Assembly (NCBI RefSeq): GCF_009914755.1
Contig: NC_060947.1
Strand: one strand, 5' to 3'
Length of the DNA stretch: 64,000 nt
Source of the DNA: the human T2T-CHM13v2.0 reference genome, Homo sapiens
Below, in pieces: positions 1-29,484 of the stretch. Both the position numbers and the translations under genes were made by a program. The notes below the pieces were generated by a model. That model did no database searches. It saw nothing but the letters and a program-made list of their open reading frames with translations, and had not been told where the DNA came from. Within the stretch, counting starts at the first letter, position 1. The number at the start of each line of letters is the position of its first letter.

Positions 1-236
1 AATAGCCAACTAGATATCTACATAAGCATCCCAAATTCAACATTTCCAAAAGTAGAATTCATTTTGTTTATCCTAAATTCTCTATCTTGATGAACGACAT
101 TACCTATCTGAAGTCAGAAATCTTGAAGTCATCCTTGTATGCTTCCTCCCTCCAAATGTCTAGCCAAGCCTACCTCCCAAGTATTTCCCAGATGTGTTAT
201 TCATGCCTGTCAATGACTTGATTCAGGACCTCATAA

Positions 237-1042
237 TGATAGAAACAGGAGGCAGAGAAATTCTGGGAGGGTGGGTTCCCAGCAAGGGCCTTACCCTCAA
301 GCCAAAAAGCTTGATACCATGGCCCAAAGTGAGAACTTACATCTCTGTTTTACTGCTCAAATGTTGCCTTTTCCAAAACCACCCATGGCCCCCCTTACCC
401 CCCATCCTGTGCCCATAAAAACCCCAGTCTCAGCTGGCAGAGTGAGGAGAAGTAGCTGGACCTCAGAGACTATGGTTGGACATCACAGAGAAGCGGCTTC
501 ACTTCAGAGGGACAGCTTGCCAGTGTAGCTTCAGGGGAGGATTGCCTTCCCACTCCATCCCCTTTTCAATTCCCCATCCCACTGAGAGCCACCTCCATCA
601 GCAATAAAATCCCCCACATTTACTATACTTCAAATTCACTCATGCAACCTCATTCCTCCTGGATGCCAGACAAGAACTCAGGTGCCACAAGTGCGAGTGC
701 AAAAGGCTGTCACACTGACCCTCCACTGAGCTGTTAACACTTAAGCCATCTGTGGATGGCAGAGCTAAAAGAACACTGACTGTTAACACTCCCTCTGGGG
801 CTTCAGGGGTCACAGGTACCCCCCTAGATGCTGCCATGGGGCCCCCATGGAGTTCACTCCTTCCAGCGCCCAAAAGCACTCGCCCCAGCTCCTGCACCTG
901 CCCACCTGTATGTTCCTCTTCCCACAAGGGGTGGAATGTAGCAGGTCCAAGTGAGTGGAGTTTGCCCCTGCCGGCACCAAAGCAGCCAGCTAGTGCACTC
1001 CAGTTCCCACCCATGAAGGGGTCAGGGAAATATCCTGCTTCA
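237..1042 (+). mobile_element. ERV1 solo LTR (MER50-like) inserted in an L2 fragment
   Basis: TG...CA termini, a 4-bp TSD ATAA (233-236 and 1043-1046) and an internal AATAAA. Confidence 0.75.
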
Positions 1043-1314
1043 ATAACCTCTCACATAAGCTACATTAGCCTCTTAATTGCCATTCCAGGCTGCCCTTTCT
1101 GATCCATACTCTAGCCCATAAGCATGATCTTTAGAAAATACAAATTTATGTCACTTTTCCACTTGAAACTCTTCAGTGATGCCACATTACCTACATGCTA
1201 AAATCTTAATTCCCTGGTCTGCTGTCTAAGGCCCTCTACTATCTGCCCTCTGTGTATCTTCATAGCCCCATCTTTTTTCCCAGCTGTCATTATAGATTCT
1301 GCCATAATCATCTG

Positions 1315-1896
1315 TGTAAACCAAAAAATAAAATTCTAAGCCCCACTCCCAACCATCGGAATGGACTTCCCCCTAGGATAGGGCACTTTAAAATTTAACC
1401 TGAAAGACTGGTTCAGGTCTGATGAGAAACAGGGGTCGGATATGCCTCGTTATACCTCTCCAGCATTAATATCAACACAGACCTTTAGTCTGATAAGAAA
1501 CATTTATGATCTATTCTCTCTGAAGCCTGCTACCTGCAGGTTTCATCTACATGATAAAACTTGGTCTCTACAACCTCATATCACAACCCAGACATTTCTT
1601 CCTACTGATAACTCTTTCAACCAATTGCCAATTCGAAAAATTTTAACTCTATGACCTGGAAGTCCCCCCACCTTCGAGCTGTCCCACCTTTCTGGACCAA
1701 ACCAATGTATTTTCTTAAATGTATTTGATTGCAGTCTCATGTCTCCCTAAAATGTATAAAACCAAGCTGCACCCTGACCACCTTGGGCACATGTTCTCAG
1801 GATCTCCTGGGGGCTGTGTCACATGCCAGGGTCACTCATATTCGGCTCAGAATAAACCTCTTCAAACATTTTACAGAATTTGACTTTTCGTCAACA
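1315..1896 (+). mobile_element. ERV1 solo LTR, MER4 family
   Basis: TGTAAACCAAAAAATAAAATTCTAAGCCCC...TTTTCGTCAACA, with TSD TCTG (1311-1314 and 1897-1900). Confidence 0.85.
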
Positions 1897-2489
1897 TCTG
1901 CTCAGGCTTCCATTCTCACTCTTTCTGTCTTCACAGAGATCGATCCTCCTTTCAGGAAAGGGCTTCCCTTCCTTGTTGTCAATGGCTAAACTATTACACA
2001 TTCTTTGAAATTCTGCTCAACTACCAGCTCTGTAAAATTCTAGCAATAAGTTACCCAGGCAAACATAGGACCATGATGCTCACACAGCACACATACTGTA
2101 TGTATTTATCTCTATTGGCATAGACCTTATAACATCTTATCTTTATTTACATATATCTATCTGTCCCACCACACTGTGAGTTCCCTTAGGAGAAGGAACT
2201 ATGTTAAGTTCCACTGTTATATCTCAAATATCTGGTCTAGGGCCTACCATATAATGTGCATCCAATAAATGTTTGCTGATTGTTAATGTTAATGACTGTT
2301 TAAAATTCAGGTTTTGTCTCTGATCTTATGTTCTCATAGAAACAATTCAGGGTGTTTATGCATTAAATTGACTACTATAGCTTGATCGTAACATTTTACC
2401 ATTTTCTTGGCAAAAGTAAGCTTCAAATACTCATCGACCAACTTAATTTTTAGAATATATTCAAAACAGAAGGAAGAACTGCAAATTTA

Positions 2490-3620
2490 GGTACCACTTC
2501 ATACTCACTAGGATGGCTATAATAAAAAAGATGACAAATAACAACCGTTGGCAAGGATGTGGAGAAATCAGGACCCTTGTACACTGCTAGTGAGAATGTA
2601 AAGTGGTGCAGCTGCTGTGAAAAACAGTTTAGCAGCCGGGCGCAGTGGCTCACGCCTGTAATCCCAGCACTCTGGGAGGCCAAGGCAGGCAGATCAGCTG
2701 AGGTCAGGAGTTCGAGATCAGCCTGGCCAACAGAAACCCCGTGTCTACTAAAAACACAAAAATCCGCCAGGCGTGGTGGTGCACACCTGTAGTTCCGCTA
2801 CTCGGGAGCATGAGGCACGACAATTGGTTGAACCCAGGAAGCGGAGGTTGCAGTGAGCCAAGATTGCACGACTGCACTCCAGCCTGGGTGACAGAGCAAA
2901 ACTCAGTCTCAAGAAGAAAAAAAAAAAAAAAACAGTTTGGCAGTTCTTCAAAAAAATTAAATTACCATATGAGCTACCAATTCCACTCCTAGGTACAGAT
3001 CCCAAAGAACTGAAAAGACGTACTCATATATATGTGAGTGGAATTGGTAGCTCATATGGTAGTAGTGCTGCTATGAACATGGGTGTGTATGTATGTATTG
3101 ACATACATACATACGTATACATACATTGACATACATACATACACACCTATGTTCACAGCAGCACTATTCACGGTAGCCAAAAGGTGGAAAAAGCCTAAAT
3201 GTCCATCAACGGAGAAATGGATAAGCAAATTGTGACATATCCATACAAAGGAATAGTATTCAGTCATAAAAAGGAATGAAGTACTGATATATGCTACAAC
3301 ATGTATAAACCTTGAAGGCATTATGCTAAGTGAAAGACACAAAAGGTCACACCTTGTATGATCCCATTTACACAAACTATTAATATCTAGAATAGGTAAA
3401 TCCATAGAGACAGAATATAGATTGGTGATTAACAAGGGCAAGGGGGAGAAAGAAATGGGGAGCAACTGTTTAATGGGCACAGGGTTTTCTTTTAAGGTGA
3501 TAAAAATGTTTCAGAATAAAATGGAGGTGATGGTTGCACAACATAGTGAATGTACTAAATGCTCTTGAATTGTTCGTTTTAAAATGGCTAATTTTATGTT
3601 ATGTGAATTTCACCACATCT
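2490..3620 (+). mobile_element. Ancient L1M (L1MB/MC-type) 3' end, interrupted by an AluS at about 2634-2932
   Basis: L1 ORF2-end and 3'UTR motifs (gcaaggatgtggagaaa, aaatgtccatcaac, ggtgatggttgcacaac). The Alu is flanked by a near-TSD aaacagttt[a/g]gc. Confidence 0.8.
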
Positions 3621-3666
3621 AAAAAAAAAAAACCAAAAACAAACAAAAAAACCAACCTTGGGATAA

Positions 3667-4033
<367 letters not shown>

Positions 4034-4436
4034 TAGTATTAAAATTTGTCTTTACAATTTTGTGAAGCAAGTGTTATCTCTATTTTAAATATGAATAAAC
4101 AGAGGCTCAGCAAGATAAGTAACCACCCAACCCAGTATCACACATTAGTCTAGAAGTGGTAGAACTAGGATTCAAATTCAGAACTGTCTTACCCAAAAGC
4201 TTATGCTCTTTGTTTAAACTGGGTACTATTTTTAATTAATGAGGAGGAAAATGAAAAGAGATCTTTTAATCAAAATATTTTCTTCTATAAACTTAAACAT
4301 AAAACAGAATTAAATATTTTGGTTAAATATGTTTTTCACGTTCAAATTTGAGGGAGCTTACATAAACCACAAAAAAAAAGAACAAAGTAGTACAGAAAAC
4401 AAATATCGACATGCCCTTCCTTAATAATCCAGTGTA

Positions 4437-12300
<7,864 letters not shown>

Positions 12301-15300
12301 ATAAGTCCATGTTTAGGTGCTTTAGTTTTTTGTTTTTTCCTCAAAAAAATTGAGTTTTTTCAATTCTCTTGACTAAATATACCTTTAAGAAAAACTATTG
12401 CACCAAATATTGGTGGAGTACCTTCTGATAGTCTTTCTTGACAATTTAAATTTTCCTGTGGAATTTCTCTAATTCATATATTTACAATCGGACCACATTT
12501 TAAGTCTGTTAGCTACCAGAATAACAGAATAAGAATACCTAATTAGATGAGATGAAATTAATACAATTCTGTGTACATAGAATAGAATACAACATATGCT
12601 TTTTAAAAGATGCCCTCAATTGGTCTCAATGACTACTGGCAATTAAAATTTGATTTTTAATTAAAATATTCTAATCCTTATATACCAAAATATTAGCAGT
12701 GATAATCTACAGATGGCAAGAATACATGTAGTTTTCAGATTTTCCTCTTATCACTTATTTTCTAAATGTTCTATAATACATACCAATTTTGTCATTAAAA
12801 ATACAAAATGTCCCCAAAAAAACAAACAACTTAGCCACTTCTTTGAGTAACAATAGAACCAGCCATTCTAAATACATAGATGTCTCTAAAGAAAATGATG
12901 ATTTAACATTAGCATTATAATATTCTATTTAGATAAACAGCTATAAAATTTTTAGACTAGCATATGTGAACCTATTAAAAATAACATTAGAAATACCCAC
13001 GCAGGCTCACTGCATGCCAGCAGTGACCTTTAGAATCCTCACAAATAAAACACAATAATCTGCAACTCAGTCTCCAGCAATTTCAGAATTAAAGAATAGA
13101 TCACCTCAGTACTACAGGCAGTAATCATTCAAAGAAACTGACTCAGCAGAACATAATGGTAAAAGCATTTCTGTTGCCCAAGTAGCTGACCGTCAGAAAC
13201 ACACAGTGTCTACCTCCATGCATAGTAACAGGGCATCCTCTGTTCTAGTCAGACATCCCTCCCACACCTCAACCTTGCCTCCCACAGGTTAGCACTCTTC
13301 CTTGTATCATCACTTAAAAACTTCTCTGAGATACTACTTTTTCATTCTTTCTCCCACTTCCTACTGTACCCAAAACGAGCACAAAAGGCCCTTTTGTTCC
13401 CCTCCCTTCATTTTCAAAGATTTGTTTTGCAACTGATCACCACAAGGAAAAGGGATGAAGTTACAAAGGAAAACACAGTCTTTAATTTTCAGTGGTAGCT
13501 GTTCCAGTTTTTATAAAAATTGTACCTGCCTTTTCATATTTTAACCCTTGTTGGACCTTGCACCAATTTCCCTATTTGAACCAGAGGGTTCTCTTCATCT
13601 ATCAAGCAGAGATGGATGACATGGCCAGAGTTCAAGAGCTAAAACAAGCCCAGAATCTGCTGCCTTAGCTCCTTCACCATCCTTCCTGAGTCTCCTTGAT
13701 GGTCCATGTAGGTTTCCCTCTCAACACCAAAGATATCAGTTTTACAGTATTAAAAATTACATGTTTAACACATATAATAAAAAGCAATTCCGACACAAAA
13801 AGAAAGAAATCACTCACTCAGAAAAGTAAAGATTTCGTTTAAATTAGATTGCTTTGGGGGTCTGACAGAACTTCTCATTAGGAAGCGCTGTTACGTCTTT
13901 TCCAGCAGCTTTTAAAAATTAGGTCTGGGTAACTAAACCAAAACCAAATATATTGAAAGGATCTATAGTTTTGATTCACTCCCTCCTCCCCCACTTCAAA
14001 ACAGGGCTTGGGGACCTAAGATAAACAGATTAAAGAAGGAAGAAGAAACACTTCATATATCTTATAAAACATTATACCTTAATCTGCATAGAATATTCTA
14101 TCTTAAGGTTACTGGAATCTTGCAATGTTACTGGGAAAAATTTCCCAAACCCAATGAGACATTAAAGGATAGTTCTCTAACCTGTATTTTGTTTAAGAAA
14201 CAAAAGACCAGCTAAAGTTGTTCTCTACCGCCATACCTAAGTGACAATGCCATTTTAAGTTGGCATATATGCTAAATTAAAATAAGAAAATCTAATTTAG
14301 TAAAATTTACATCGTTTCCCTACCCTGTTATATAATTATATCCCCATAAGTATTCAGCCTAGAAAGAAAATCATAAAAATGCAAGAACAAGCTAGAAATC
14401 ACAATTAGAATTTAGAAAGGCTCTAAGAATCTTGTTTTTAAAACATGTTTGTTTTCTACTTGCCAATCAACCACTGACACTATTTGTAAACTACTCCCCC
14501 CTTCAGCCTCATGGGGGATGCTTCTTATGAAGACTATTTTATTTCACAATTGCTACTCATATGTGCTTACTTCAAAAGAACCAAGATTTTGGTCAAAATG
14601 ACATTATTAAAAATATGATAATCTCCATAGCTTTTAATATTTTCAGAAGAAAGTTCACACAAAAAGAAGCAACTTCAGTTGTTTTAGGTCAATTCATAAT
14701 TCATCTAGCAACATGAGCTTTTAAAAGCCACTCAATTTTTAAACCTTAGTATCTTGTTTCTTCCTAAATTATTTCTACAGAGTAACTTCCATTATGCTAC
14801 TGTTAAAAAAAAATCTTAGCTGTCTCTGCTACAATTTCCAAAAAAACACATCAGATGTATTAATATATTTAATTAGTAAAATGTTATTCACATTTTTGTA
14901 TCATAAAAAAACTTTTAATAAATCTCAGGTAATACCAGTAAAAAAGCATTTACTGTCACATCCCTAAAAACTATTTTTTAAAAAATGACAACAGTGTCAT
15001 TACAAACTGGTGATTTAAATGATCAAACTTGACTTACAATAGGACTATTCTTTTTAAAAAGAAAAAAAAACATTTTTATGGTAGAAATAACCAAAGGCTT
15101 ACTTTTCCCTGTACCATAAAACAATTTTTAGAAGTGACTATTCAAATAATAGTGCCAACAATTTCAATAAGTAATATTTAGAACAAAACAGAGGACATCT
15201 TTGAGATAACCAAAATTACCGAGATATTTAGTATACAAAAGCTAACAAAGCAGACAATGAATTTCTTTAACCACACTTCAATTACAATATAAAAAAACTT

Positions 15301-18300
15301 TTGCAGTAATTCGTACCTTTATCAATATTCCAGAGAAACAAGTTGTTGCTGTTTTTACCGTTAAGGTGATTTAGGTTCCAAATGATAGGATAGCCTTGCT
15401 CCTTACCAGGAATAAAATTGCCTTTCTGGAGAAAGCAAGTCAACAAAGCCCATGTTGCCTGAGCAAGCCTGAATTTCTAGCAAATGGGGATGAAGCTATT
15501 TGCATTTGTTGGTTTAAGGGGGGAGGAGTGGGAGGAGGGGACTAAGGGGACTGCTAAAGTAATTCGTATATTGTCTGTGGACTGTAGAGACAGTGATCAT
15601 CAGTCACCTGCTCAAACCTCCTTCACTCCTGCCTTCAGAAGAACCAAAGGTCCTTCCAAAGGTTACCCGGGGTCAGAGAAACTAGAAAGAAATGAGAAGA
15701 CATGCAAAATCTAACTGCTAACCCACTGCATCTATAGACAAAGTTATCCCCACCTGATCACATGTCCTAAAAACCAAGACATTTTAATAGTCTCAAGAGA
15801 ACTTGCTAAAATATATCATACAACAGAAGCAAGAAAGAAAAATCTCCAGACTCTGCTTGCAATTGTTGCAGTATTTAGCTGGAACACTTAAAACAGAAAA
15901 AGGAAATTTTTTTTCCAAGATGCTTCTTTGCATCATAATAGCCATCTCATTTGCACAAGCAAAACATTTGTTCCAAGCTGTTCATATGAAAAAGAAAATA
16001 TCAGCTGTATTAAATTTCATAGCTTTTGAGTCAGTCATTTAGGTTGACAGCATTTCTAACCATTTCATTTATACCAAACAAGAGTACTGAATATACTCAG
16101 TATATTAGTCCATATTTTATTATAAACTACATTAAGGGCAAAAATCTACGTAAATACTCAAGTGTTTATTCAGAAGCCTTCTAGTGGGACTAACACACCT
16201 CGAACTTTTTACAACCTTAGTTATATGCACCTCTGCCACTTTTGACCTACTGTTACACAGAAAAATAAAAAGTGCTGCTTTATGTGGCTGTAACTGAACA
16301 TACACAGTCCTACAAAAACAGGGAGAAAGTTGGTGAATACATGCATTAAAAGCTATAAAATCTTAATTTTAAAATTTAGAGAGATGAAGCACAAGTTACA
16401 GATACCACATACTCCTCTCTGCGCATACCTGAACAAAGAGCAAAAAGCAGCCACAATTTCTAGTTTTGTTTTCTTAAAAATGAGAATGGGATGGGAGTGT
16501 GGAAAGTAGACCTATTTCTTGTTTGCTGAACAAAAAAATTCCCAAAAGACAAACTTTGAAACAGTTAAGAAGGAAAACATTAGAGTTTTTCAAAATAGAA
16601 AAAAAAAACTACTAAAGTGACCAGTTACATTTTTTTAAAACATCAAACGTTTAGATTTTTAAAACCCACTCCCTTAAAGTTTTAATTAAGAAAAAACTAA
16701 ACCACACACATACTTGCCCATAAAATAAACCAGCATTCAAAGAAGCAGCTAACACTGCCCAAAATAATTAATTACCTTTAAGGTCTATTTAAGTAAGTTG
16801 TGAAGGAAATGCCATGTTACCACTGAGTTCCAATTCTAAATAAAGCTGTATCTGTGAGATGTAGGGGGACAGAAGACCCAATAAACGGGAAGGTTTTATC
16901 AAAAAGAGTTAAGATGGTCACTGGCAGCCTACGATGCCAAAGGACAGGAATGCTTTGCTACACTTTCCTGATTCTAGGTTTTCCCCTCCTCCACGGTTCC
17001 CTTTGGACCAGAAGAATTCCTCTATACCCTTGGGATCCTGCAACCTTATACTCGGCATCTGGAAGTTTGCTGCTTGCCCTCCTTCCTAGTCTGTAAGGTC
17101 ACAATTGCTTAAAGAATTAGGCTACAAGATGACACTTCAGACCAGTGTAGGTCATTAAGTTACAATCAATGATACATAAATCTGAAGCTAAAGTTAAAAA
17201 CTTTGAACATCCCATAATAATGAAAGCAATTAATACTGGGGGCAAACTTTTAAAAGAATCTTTTACTTCTTAGTTTTTCAAAAGACTAATTTCTCCAAAG
17301 ACTAATAATTTGTATTTATTTATTATGTTAATAAATAAAATTATAGAGACAAAATAGTAATGAGTTTACAAACTTTCCCCAAAAAAGACAAGAAAAATAA
17401 GAGATTTTAAAAAAATTTTTCACATAGCCTTCAAAACAAGGTAGTCCTAGTTCTGATTCTAAGTTGCTGGATTATCCTGTCTTGCTCTTTCATGTATTAA
17501 ATATTTGGACTTTAATGAAATGACTGGCCATATACTCCTATAAGTATATATGCACTGGAGACATGGGAATGGCAATATGAGGGAAAAAACGGTAGCTTAC
17601 AGGGCATTCCTAAATTTCTATTATTTTTTAGAGAGAACTAAAATATAAGATACAGAAGAGGGGGGAGCACGTTGAAAACGGAAAACGGCAAGATCAAATA
17701 AGTTTGCAAGAAGAAAATCTACAATGGGCCTCGTTTTCATTTGCGTGATTCAGCCTTCTGCAAGTTGCCAAGGACACAGCAGCACATATGTTCCTTTCCT
17801 CTTTTTCACCAGACACTCTGTACGGGTCTCGTGAGTAAATCTGATGAGCTGTGACAGCACCAACCAGAAGCTAAGGGCTTTGAAAGATTGTAGGGTCATA
17901 ACAAGAGCTAAGAAAAGAAAACTTAAATAAACAAGAGGGAAAAAGCCACACAGCTTGCTGAATTTTCTATCCAAGTAAGTTTCTCAGTGATTTTTTTCTA
18001 CCATTAATAAGCCTAATGCAAATTTTTGCTGTTTCTGATCACAGAAGTATTTACACAGTTTTTAAAAATTGTTAGAAAAAGTTTTAAAGTAAATTAAACT
18101 TTATTACTATCCTTGAAAAGGAAACCAGTAAAGCTTAAATAAACATTTATTTAATGTAAAGTCCTATCAAGGAGCATTCATAGATGCCTCGTTACATTTT
18201 TTAAGAAACTAGGCAACTGTATTTCTTTAGTTATTAATTATAAAGTTTTAAGTGCTACGACCTTAAAATATTTTGGAAAAGCTGTTATATAAAAGTTGAG

Positions 18301-18559
18301 AGCAAACATTTCCAGTGTTTTTAAGAAATATTCAAAGTATTGTCATTTGAATGATGTGTTTAAAAAAAAAGAATAGAAACATTCAAAATAAACAAAAATA
18401 CAGATTTTTTTAATTTATGGAATTCAATTAATTTAATATTATGTGTGCCTTTTGAAATTATTTAACTCTAAGACATTTAAAGTATTTAACATTCAAGTCA
18501 ATAAATAATATTTCTCTCAGTTAAAAAAACTTTAACATTAAAAAGCAAACTACTGGAAA

Positions 18560-19600
18560 AAAGTTTTTACTTTTATGACACAGCGTTGATATGTGCAATA
18601 AATGAAGCACTCAAATCAATAAGAAAAAACACGCTAAGAGAAAAATGGGAAAAGGTGATTAGCAGGCAAACTATAAAGGAATATTAATGACCAAAAAACA
18701 TGGAAAGAAAAAGATTCAATCTCACTAGTAATCTAAGAAATGAAATTTTGGAAAACAATTGTTTTTTTAATTAGCAAAAAATAACAAGAAAAATAATTCC
18801 CAAGGTTGGCCAGAGTAGGAAAAAAACACTTTCACCTACTTCTGAGGTTGGCGGAAATGGGTATACCTTTCTGAAAGACCACTTGTCAGCCTTAAAAACA
18901 TACCCCTTAACCTAGCAAAGTTATCTATGGAAACAGAGAGGTATACAAAGACATATACATAAAAGTATTCATCATATCATCTAGTTTAATAACAAATCTG
19001 GAAATATTCTAAATGCTTAACAAAATAGAGATTGGGTTAAGTAAATTATGGAACAGCCATACAATGGAATGCAGTGCAGACATAAATTTCAATTTATAGA
19101 GATATTTTACATGGGAATACAGTCACAACAGATTATGAAAAAAAATAGGCAAGAAAGCAGAATATACACAATAACCCCTTTTCAAACGAAAATTGTCATT
19201 TTATTTACTTTAAAGCACAAATCCTATATACAAATATATTCTTGTTTTTTTTAAAAAAAAGCCACAGATAAAAGCAAAAGTCCCCATTACCACTTCCCTT
19301 ACCATTCAACATCCTTCGCAGAAATAATCAGTATTATAGATCTGATATATAGCCTTCCAGATTTTTTTTACATATTTACACACATATTTCTAAAGGTACA
19401 TATAGAAATACATATTTATTTTGTTTTGACATAACAGTATTACACTGTATATATTTGAGGGGACTTACTTTTTTCACTTAATATATCTTAGAGAGCTTTC
19501 CTTCTTAGTATAACTAGAAACACTCTCATTCTAAATTATTCTATAATTATTCTAAAGAACAACTATACCATAACTTATTTCAACATTTCTCCACTGATTT
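18560..19600. mobile_element. Highly degraded L1ME-type fragments in both orientations
   Basis: Weak L1 3' motifs (aaaaatgggaaaagg, ctcactagtaat, aaattatggaacagccatacaatggaat). Confidence 0.55.
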
Positions 19601-20779
19601 GACCATGTGTGTGTTTTCTAAAGTTATATGTGTAAGAGAAAAGAAAAGTAGTATGAAGCCAAATACCACACTGCTTGCGATAGTTGTATCCAAAAGCTTT
19701 TCCCAATATTTTGCTTTGAGCATTTACTTTTTCTATTAGAAGAAAATTGTTATGTTAAAAATTAGAATGAAAAATAATTAGAAAAATATTTTGCTTTCAA
19801 GAATATACAAATTATATCTAAAAAACTGTACTTTTATTTTATAGCTGACATCTAAATAAATGGTGTATTGCCTAAATGTTTTCTCTACTCAAAAAGAGTA
19901 TTTCACTGTACTAACCACTATTAACCTATCCATAATTAATAAGCGATGCCTGAAAAAAAGCAAAATGAATCACACATGCATTATCTTTGGGTGAACGCCA
20001 ACTACAAGTTTTTAACCATACTTTCCCCAGAATCCCAAAGTTCTTCTGGGGACTTCTGGGAATATTTATAAAACAGATTGTGGCAGCAGTGGGCATACAT
20101 TTGTTTCTACTCTTAACTGCTTCCAAATTCTACTTTAACATGGTTTGGACTATTTGTACTCAATATTCAAAAGGCTATCAAGAAAACTGCTTTATAACCT
20201 TGAATTACTTGTGCCATCTGAAATCCTTAATTTCTCACAATGAAAGTAAACAGTGTATTTGTATATGTGTGGTTTTGCCAAGACATCAAGATTCAACAAA
20301 ACCTACAAACAGAACTACCATGGTGACACTGTAAAACACCAAAGATGACATGAAAAGATTAAAGTAGCTAGATTTTAAAATGACAGATTACAGTCAGAGG
20401 AGAAATACTGACAGCTGTATTCTCAACAGCAATAATGGAAACCAAAAGTCAAAAGAATGTCTTCATTGTACTGAAAGAGAATGGCTGCCAACCTGGTATT
20501 TTACCATCACAGAAAGTGTCTTTCGAGGACAAAGCTGAAATAATGACATATTCAAATGAACATAAACCAAGACAGAATGCCACTAGCAGACCTTCAGTAA
20601 AGGAAATTCTGAAGGATCTACCTCAGAAAGAAGAAAAGTAATCCCAGATGAAAGGTCTGAGATGTCAAGAATAAAAAGCAAAGAACATGCTAAATATGTG
20701 GGTAAATCTCAACAAACATTGACTATGTAAGTAATAATAGTAATAGTCCATGAGATTTTTTAAAGATACAATAGGTAAA

Positions 20780-28400
<7,621 letters not shown>

Positions 28401-29484
28401 CAGAGAATTTGTTGCCACCCAACCCTAAAAGAATGGTTAAAAGAAGTTCTCTAAACAGGAAGAAAATGATAAAATAAGGAAATCTTGAAAATCAGGAATT
28501 AAGAACAATTTAAAGGGTAAAAATGTAAATAAATACAACAGACTTTCCTTCTCTTGAGTTTTCTAAGTTATGTTTGATGGTGGAAGCAAAAATTATAATA
28601 CTAATGTGGTTCTCAATATTGAAGACAATTATATATAATAGAGGGTAAAGGGACATAAAGTGAGGTAAGATTTCTAAAGTTCACTCAAAGTGAATGTCAA
28701 CTGGGGTAAAGACAGAGGAAGCAGATCTCACAAAGTATTGGGAAACCACTTTTTCTTTTTCTTTTTTTTTTCTTTTTAACACTGTACATTTCCTATTTAC
28801 TCCTTGACTCTCTAAATCTAGCTTTTTAAAGAAGCCGAGTAACCACAGTTTTACTAAGACCGCTAACGAGTTCTCCTCTTGCTTGACTTTTACACTGCCT
28901 TTGATAATGTTGAGTACTTTCTCCTTAAAATCTTTTCTCTCCTGTTGCCATGGAAGCCAACCTAGTGATCTCCTACATTTACGTATACTTTTTTCCAGTG
29001 TCCTAGATTGACTTCTACTACCTATTCCTTATTTTTGTGCTTCTCAAAGTTCAGGCTTCAAACCATGTGCACTGGAAACAACTGAGCCCCACTTCGAACC
29101 CACGGATTCAAACCCCTGGATGTGAGTTCCCGAGCACTCCCTTTTAACAAGCTCCCCCAGGCAATTCAAGAGTGATAATTACTGCTTTAAATGTCGACCC
29201 ACAAGGTTCTGTCCTGGTCCTTTTCTACCTCTACTTGTTATACACACACAATTAAAACACACTCAAAACTTCCACCACTTGCTGCTATCAACAAAATAAG
29301 TAAACTGCTCACCCTCCCATCCCAAGCACCTATAATCCCACCTGGCACAAAGAATATTTATCTGAGGGAACATGATGACTCTCAAACCTGCTTTGTCAAC
29401 AAGACCTATCTTTTTTAGGCTCCAGATCTGCATGTGCAGCTATCCAATGAACATGTGCACCTGGATGTCCCAAAGTTACCCTGA

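Noticed and set aside
15517-15550. G-run cluster (possible G-quadruplex on the + strand)
   Set aside because: It is C-rich on the transcribed minus strand and nothing else supports a function.
16090-16106. Short palindrome AATATACT-C-AGTATATT
   Set aside because: The 8-bp AT-rich arms are expected by chance in 64 kb.
17806-17872. Second AG (cccttag|CTTCTGG) that would append ASGWCCHSSSDLLTRPVQSVW*, faintly resembling the MBT end PAGWC..GDVLQPP
   Set aside because: The pyrimidine tract is weaker than at the acceptor 37 nt upstream, and the similarity is too short to claim an exon duplication.
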